Shown here piece after piece: positions 15,209-20,000 of a DNA stretch of 20,000 nucleotides (within the stretch, counting starts at the first letter, position 1; each line of letters starts with the position of its first letter). Source of the DNA: an uncultured virus (IMG/VR IMGVR_UViG_3300021964_000044) (Duplodnaviria > Heunggongvirae > Uroviricota > Caudoviricetes); the IMG/VR virus record IMGVR_UViG_3300021964_000044. The stretch is one strand, 5' to 3'. The notes under the pieces were generated by a model that had not been told where the DNA came from, did no database searches, and worked only from the letters and a program-made list of their open reading frames with translations. The position numbers and the translations under genes were made by a program.

Positions 15209-17605
15209 ATGCCATTTGGAGTCGGCGGTTTCGGTGGTTCTTCGAGCCAAAGCTTCGATGGGAAGTTTGCCAAGAAGTTTGACAAGTTAACAGATTTTAG
15301 CCCTAAGAGAGAAAAGCGTCAGGCTCCTAATCCTTTTGATTTCGAGCCTAGCAATAGAGAAGCTGATAGTGAGATTATCTTTTATAACAACGACTCTTTG
15401 TGGTCTCGGTGGCGAAGAGGCTATGACCTGTACAGCCTGACTCAGACTTATTTCGGCACTTCTTCGTCTGATCGTAATACCCGAGGTGACTTCAGGATGT
15501 ACTGCGCTTTCCAGCAGTTCCCTGGTGTGTTCATTCCTGCGCGGATGTTCATGTTCCCCAGCTCTAATCCGGAGATTGGAGAACATATGGTTGGCGTGCG
15601 AGATACTAATAGTTTTAGTTTTTATAACTTCGGTCTTCCTATTGACGAGGTAAGGTATCTCACTGCACCTCAAGATGGGACCTATTCCCAGGTAGGGACT
15701 ACAATAACTGTGACATTGCAGAATCATGGTTTATTTCCCGGACAATCTGCTTATTTAGTATTTACAAGTGGTGCCGCTCTAGACGCCACCTTGACAATTG
15801 ATTCCATTACAGACGGTACTTTTACATGCACTGCGGCGGCGGCGGTAACAACATCAGGAGATGTAAAGGTACGGAGAAGCACTGATTTTGATAGTCCCGC
15901 ATGGACTGAGATGCGAGTCAAAATACGATTCCTCCCTACGCCTGTCACTTTCTTTGCTGGTGAACGTCTCGCTGATCGCGTTATAGAGCGTGATCCCGGA
16001 ATTAATTTTAGTTATACACAGTCTGCTAATACAATTACTGTTAACTGCTTTGGCGTGCATGGTCTTTCGACTGGCAATACTGTTTTACTTGTCTTCTTTA
16101 GCGGGGTTTCTATCCCTGGACTATATGAAGTTACTGTCACAAGTCCGACTCAATTTACGGTCCAGTCGGTAGCACCCGCAACGACAGCTGGTGCTGGATT
16201 ATTGAGCCGAAGAATTAGAGGATATGATTACAACAACTATGTCGGTTATACAGTCACAGGGGTTGACGACAATACAAATGAGATTCTTTTCCAGCGTGCT
16301 GATAGTTATGGTAACTCTTTAGTGGATCCGGCAACTGGGCTACCTGCAGCGCAAGGTGTCTCTAGAACTCTAGTCCCGGCGCATCGCGGTTTCGAAGTTG
16401 GAAGATACCTCACCACTGAGATACGACATCAGTGCAGTTGTCCTGATTTCATGCGTCGACAGACTTACAACCTTTATAAGGATGCAAGGAAAAAACGCAT
16501 TCCGATTACTCCCATCACAAGTGTTAAGCCTGGCCAACGCTTAGGTCGGGACGTGGATCCAACCACTGGCGAAGAAACAGAAAATACTTTTACTACCTAT
16601 AACGAACGAGCGCAGGAAGGTGTCTACAGTGACATTGGGTACGTTGCTGTAAACAATTTTTATCAGTTACCCACCTATGAGGACGGCGCGGAATATTCTC
16701 AACCAAGTCTTCTTTACTACCAAACCCGCTGGTGCAAGCACGTGTATGCTGCAATGTGGTCAATTGTTCATGACGAAGGTAATCTGAGTATTGATTTGAG
16801 GGGTACGTATAGTCAATCAGGCGGTCCAAATATCACAATCAATGCTCCGGGGCATGGCCTAGGCGTGAATACTCGGATCAATCTTGAGTTCACCAGTGGA
16901 AATGCTTTGTCGGGTGAGTTTACGGTAACCGAAGTCATTGATGAGAATAATTTTGCAACAATTTATCCTTTTAACCAGACGACGTCAGGGTATGTACAAG
17001 TCAAAAATCTTAGAAACCATGAGTACGTAGGGAACTGGTTGTTGGAGCCCAACGATCCCCCAATTGGCGCGGCTCTGGACAAGTTTTATGAGCGCCTCCA
17101 TAAAGATAACGATCGAACAAGACGTCAAGCAGAGCGTATGGCGATGATGGGTTACGGTATGCCTTGGACGGGGGCTAAAGATATTACAGGTGCGCGAAAC
17201 CAACCTGAACAGACCGGTAATTTTGATCCCAATCTTATCAGTTTGATGGCCACTGACAATATAGAAAGGACCTTGGACACCGATCCAACAAGCCCTACTT
17301 ACAATCAGTCAGTCTTAACGCATAGTGGCGGCATCAAGCAGAACAAGACGACAGTGATGCTAATGATGATGCAAAAGCTTTTCAATATTGATCCTGATCT
17401 TATCCAGTCAACTAAGATTGGCATGTTGGATCAACCACTTACTGATTACACCGGCGACTTTCAGTTTGGAGAGATTAATGGTGGCATATATCTTAACGGT
17501 GCTCCTGTGCCAACTGCTGTAAGTAGTGAATTGAACTGTCAGACTTATAATCCATTTGTGGCCCAGCCCATTCTTGTGGACGCTGGTACTTATATCAACA
17601 ACTAA
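15209..17605 (+). CDS. Large virion-module protein with three HGL beta-repeat modules and a split SWIM-like zinc finger
   Basis: 798 aa; repeats NHGLFPGQSAYLVFTSG, VHGLSTGNTVLLVFFSG, GHGLGVNTRINLEFTSG; CSCPDF (C409, C411) and WCKHVYA (C509, H511). Confidence 0.7.
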   Translation: MPFGVGGFGGSSSQSFDGKFAKKFDKLTDFSPKREKRQAPNPFDFEPSNREADSEIIFYNNDSLWSRWRRGYDLYSLTQTYFGTSSSDRNTRGDFRMYCAFQQFPGVFIPARMFMFPSSNPEIGEHMVGVRDTNSFSFYNFGLPIDEVRYLTAPQDGTYSQVGTTITVTLQNHGLFPGQSAYLVFTSGAALDATLTIDSITDGTFTCTAAAAVTTSGDVKVRRSTDFDSPAWTEMRVKIRFLPTPVTFFAGERLADRVIERDPGINFSYTQSANTITVNCFGVHGLSTGNTVLLVFFSGVSIPGLYEVTVTSPTQFTVQSVAPATTAGAGLLSRRIRGYDYNNYVGYTVTGVDDNTNEILFQRADSYGNSLVDPATGLPAAQGVSRTLVPAHRGFEVGRYLTTEIRHQCSCPDFMRRQTYNLYKDARKKRIPITPITSVKPGQRLGRDVDPTTGEETENTFTTYNERAQEGVYSDIGYVAVNNFYQLPTYEDGAEYSQPSLLYYQTRWCKHVYAAMWSIVHDEGNLSIDLRGTYSQSGGPNITINAPGHGLGVNTRINLEFTSGNALSGEFTVTEVIDENNFATIYPFNQTTSGYVQVKNLRNHEYVGNWLLEPNDPPIGAALDKFYERLHKDNDRTRRQAERMAMMGYGMPWTGAKDITGARNQPEQTGNFDPNLISLMATDNIERTLDTDPTSPTYNQSVLTHSGGIKQNKTTVMLMMMQKLFNIDPDLIQSTKIGMLDQPLTDYTGDFQFGEINGGIYLNGAPVPTAVSSELNCQTYNPFVAQPILVDAGTYINN

Positions 17606-17607
17606 CT

Positions 17608-18033
17608 ATGACAATTCAGATCCTCAGCCGACGTTCAGAGCTCCTGCATGACCGGCCTACGCCAATTCGAATCGGCACTGGGGAACTGTGCCTTAACCTC
17701 AATCCTGGTGACCCTGGTTTGTATTTTGCAGACCGTACTCCAGCTCCTAGCACAGGTTTGATTAAGGCTGGACCGACGTTTATTGGGTCGACAGCGCCGA
17801 ACACTCCTGCTTCAGGTTTTGCTTCTTTTTCAAAAGGGGAGTCTTGGTTAGACACATCGAGCACTCATATTATGAAGCTTTGGGACGGCAGCACTTGGCA
17901 AACACCTAAAGCAGTTGTGTCTCGATCTGCTGGTAAACCTACAGCCCCTGTGGATGGTCAGTTGCATTACGATACCGCTGCTGCCGGACTTTTTATGTGG
18001 GATGCAGGCGGTTCGTCTTGGGTGGCAGTTTAA
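17608..18033 (+). CDS. Short tail-fibre-like/adaptor protein
   Basis: 141 aa; MTIQILSRRS...RP....GELCLN....GLYF, plus GESWLDT...WDGSTW and GQLHYDT...WDAGGSSW repeats typical of phage fibre N-terminal and joint domains. Confidence 0.65.
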   Translation: MTIQILSRRSELLHDRPTPIRIGTGELCLNLNPGDPGLYFADRTPAPSTGLIKAGPTFIGSTAPNTPASGFASFSKGESWLDTSSTHIMKLWDGSTWQTPKAVVSRSAGKPTAPVDGQLHYDTAAAGLFMWDAGGSSWVAV

Positions 18034-18272
18034 CTCTTGATGAGGTGGTCCAGGATGCGATCAAGTTTGTTATGCACTGCTTCCATCTCTCTCACAAAGT
18101 CGTCTTTGAGAACGTAGTTGCGCATGACATCTGTTTCTAATGCGTTAATATTTCGTTCAATACGGTCAAACTTTCTTTCTAGTTTGGCGTTAAAGTTAGA
18201 TAAAGCCCTAGATAAACCTGTGAACGCACCGACAGCACCAGTAAGCATCGCGGCTATCATCTCAGTTGACAT
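18030..18272 (-). CDS. Small membrane-anchored coiled-coil protein (holin-like candidate)
   Basis: 80 aa; N-terminal hydrophobic MIAAMLTGAVGAFTGL, then a coiled coil with YVLKDDF...KLDRILD; own TAGAAT box on the minus strand; shares TTAA stop overlap with the convergent gene. Confidence 0.65.
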   Translation of the reverse strand: MSTEMIAAMLTGAVGAFTGLSRALSNFNAKLERKFDRIERNINALETDVMRNYVLKDDFVREMEAVHNKLDRILDHLIKS

Positions 18273-18295
18273 AACATGTAGCCTCTGATATGTCT

Positions 18296-18322
18296 ATTCT
18301 AAAGGATTTAACAACTTAGAAT
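18296..18322. promoter_or_regulatory. Back-to-back divergent -10 boxes
   Basis: ATTCTA 18296-18301 (TAGAAT on the minus strand, 23 nt from the minus-strand ATG) and TAGAAT 18317-18322 (22 nt from ATG 18345). Confidence 0.6.
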
Positions 18323-18344
18323 TGAAAAAAGTATGTAAGCACAT

Positions 18345-18872
18345 ATGTCATCTTATGAGCCTAATGTAGAAGGCGCCATAGCCGTCCTTGTTGACATTAT
18401 GGTTGCTAACTCTTTTACGATGATTCGGCAGCCATACGAGCCAAATTATCGTGGGCTTGTTGATGCATTAATTGATTTAAAAGAAGGCTTCCCTACATTT
18501 ACTCCGGAACGTATTGGTTTTAATACCACTGCATTTGAAGCCCTTAGTAGCGGTGATGCAGTCTACATGCGTGATACTGATGGCCACGTAGGTAAAGCAG
18601 TTGCAAATGATACGCAAGAAAAAGCTATTGTTGTTGGGTTTGCTGATGATGATGCAATCTTAGGTGGAACTGTTCGTGTTGTTGTTGCTGGTTTATTAGA
18701 TCATCCAGGTACTTTAACTGTTAGTGACATTCACTTTTTAAGTACTACAACTGCTGGAGAGATTACAAATGTTGTGCCCTCCACTCCAGGTCACTATGTA
18801 ACACGTGTTGGGGAAGCTTCTTCTGCTACAGAATTAGCAATTCAAATTGAACCTCCAATTCAGCTACATTAA
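18345..18872 (+). CDS. Virion fibre/cement-like beta protein (DUF2190-like pattern)
   Basis: 175 aa; GDAVYM...KAVA...VVGFA...AG....LT....FL....GEIT...P......VGEA.S.TELAIQIEPP; two N-terminal YEPNxxG repeats. Confidence 0.6.
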   Translation: MSSYEPNVEGAIAVLVDIMVANSFTMIRQPYEPNYRGLVDALIDLKEGFPTFTPERIGFNTTAFEALSSGDAVYMRDTDGHVGKAVANDTQEKAIVVGFADDDAILGGTVRVVVAGLLDHPGTLTVSDIHFLSTTTAGEITNVVPSTPGHYVTRVGEASSATELAIQIEPPIQLH

Positions 18873-18874
18873 TA

Positions 18875-20000
18875 ATGACAATACCTGACGTAAAAGCTTA
18901 CGAACCTTACGGTCCTAACAGTCAAAGTTTGACTGAGGTATTAATTGATTTAAAAGAAACTATTGCAACGATTCCGGCTTACCCTGCAGTAGCACAATTT
19001 AACGCAATAGCAGCAGCTACTGTTACACAAGGAGCTGCATTATGCATGTATCCAGGTGGTCTTGTTCAAAATGCAAGAAATAGTGGAGACTTTCAAGAAG
19101 CTAATGTTATTGGTTTTGCTTTAAATTCAGCTCTGGCAGGAGAAGAGGTTGATGTTGCAATGGCAGGTATTTTTCCTACCTCTGGTTTATCTCCCGGTCG
19201 AATTTATTACTTAGGCAACGCAGGAGGTTCTATCACTGCTACACCTCCAACAGTTGCAGGTGGTGCAGATTATCTTGTGCGTGTAGGAGAAGCAGTATCA
19301 ACTGGAGAACTTGCAGTACAGATTGAACCACCAATACGTATTGATCCTCCTACATTAATTGGACAATCTGAGTTTACTACTCCCGGCTTACAGTCTTGGA
19401 CTGTTCCATTGGGCGTGACCAGTGTTTCTGTTGTCTGTGTTGGCGGCGGTGGCGGCGGCGGTAATTGGACTCTTGGACTTCAAGGTGGTGCAGGTGGTGG
19501 ATTAGGTTATATCAATAATTATGCAGTGACTCCTGGGGATGTAATTACGATTAGAGTCGGCGGTGGAGGAAATGGAGGTGGCCAAGGAACCAATGGTCAA
19601 GATGGCGGCACCAGTTATTTTGTAAATAATGTAACTTGTCGAGGTGTAGGAGGAGAAGGAGGTGAACAAAGAAACCCTAGAAGTATAGGAGGAGGTTTTA
19701 TTGGAGATGGAGGCGGTAATGGAGGCGGCGGCACTATTGCATTTAGCGGCGGCGGTTCTGGAGGAGGCGGCGGTGCTGGTGGTTACTCAGGTGATGGTGG
19801 GAACGGTGCAAATAATGTAGGTAATGGAGGTAGTGCAGGCGCAGGCGGAGCAGGCGGCGGCGGCGGTGGAGCTTCTACAAGTGGAGATAATGGAGCTGGC
19901 GGCGGCGGCGGCGTTGGTATTTATGGCGAAGGTGCAAGTGGTGCCAGAGGTGCATCAGGCACCAATGTTGGTACAGGTGGTGGAGGAGGTTCTGGTGGAA
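18875..20000 (+). CDS. Tail-fibre-like protein: paralogue of the preceding gene fused to a glycine-rich domain; 3'-truncated (not in the ORF track)
   Basis: Hand translation MTIPDVKAYEPYGPNSQSLTEVLIDLKE...VRVGEAVSTGELAVQIEPPIRI, then GQSEFTTPGLQSWTVPLGVTSVSVVCVGGGGGGG...; open to the window end. Confidence 0.85.
   Translation, partial: MTIPDVKAYEPYGPNSQSLTEVLIDLKETIATIPAYPAVAQFNAIAAATVTQGAALCMYPGGLVQNARNSGDFQEANVIGFALNSALAGEEVDVAMAGIFPTSGLSPGRIYYLGNAGGSITATPPTVAGGADYLVRVGEAVSTGELAVQIEPPIRIDPPTLIGQSEFTTPGLQSWTVPLGVTSVSVVCVGGGGGGGNWTLGLQGGAGGGLGYINNYAVTPGDVITIRVGGGGNGGGQGTNGQDGGTSYFVNNVTCRGVGGEGGEQRNPRSIGGGFIGDGGGNGGGGTIAFSGGGSGGGGGAGGYSGDGGNGANNVGNGGSAGAGGAGGGGGGASTSGDNGAGGGGGVGIYGEGASGARGASGTNVGTGGGGGSGG

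Noticed and set aside
94..17864. Numerous 60-146 aa alternative-frame and antisense ORFs in the track
   Set aside because: They are nested within well-supported plus-strand genes and have no motifs or start signals; treated as shadow ORFs.
19430..20000. GGC/GGT/GGA-rich low-complexity tract as a DNA repeat or G-quadruplex element
   Set aside because: It is fully explained by polyglycine coding with varied third positions.

Overview
The window is a gene-dense, almost entirely plus-strand segment of a tailed dsDNA bacteriophage (Caudoviricetes) virion morphogenesis region. A cyanophage is plausible but is inference only. Gene order: five Gly/Ala/Gln-rich probable internal-virion (ejection) proteins, probable TerS, TerL (clear motifs), a small AbrB/MazE-like protein, probable portal, scaffold, two small proteins, major capsid protein, a capsid-associated protein, an intrinsic terminator, a ComEA-like HhH protein, a possible head-tail adaptor, a lambda-type lysozyme, an M15-type Zn peptidase, small ORFs, two beta-repeat virion proteins, a short tail-fibre-like protein, one minus-strand holin-like gene, and two paralogous fibre/cement-like genes (the last is Gly-rich and runs off the end). 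Main observations: (1) a 527-nt dual-coding overlap of portal and scaffold; (2) two unrelated cell-wall hydrolases with a shared C-terminal tag, and four internal-protein candidates ending in a [QK]-Y-[RQ] motif, which suggests C-terminal sorting signals; (3) a SWIM-like Zn finger split by 97 residues in a virion-module protein; (4) -10-only promoter boxes before many individual genes. No RNA genes, CRISPR arrays or mobile elements were seen. All family calls come from visual motif recognition, not database searches.
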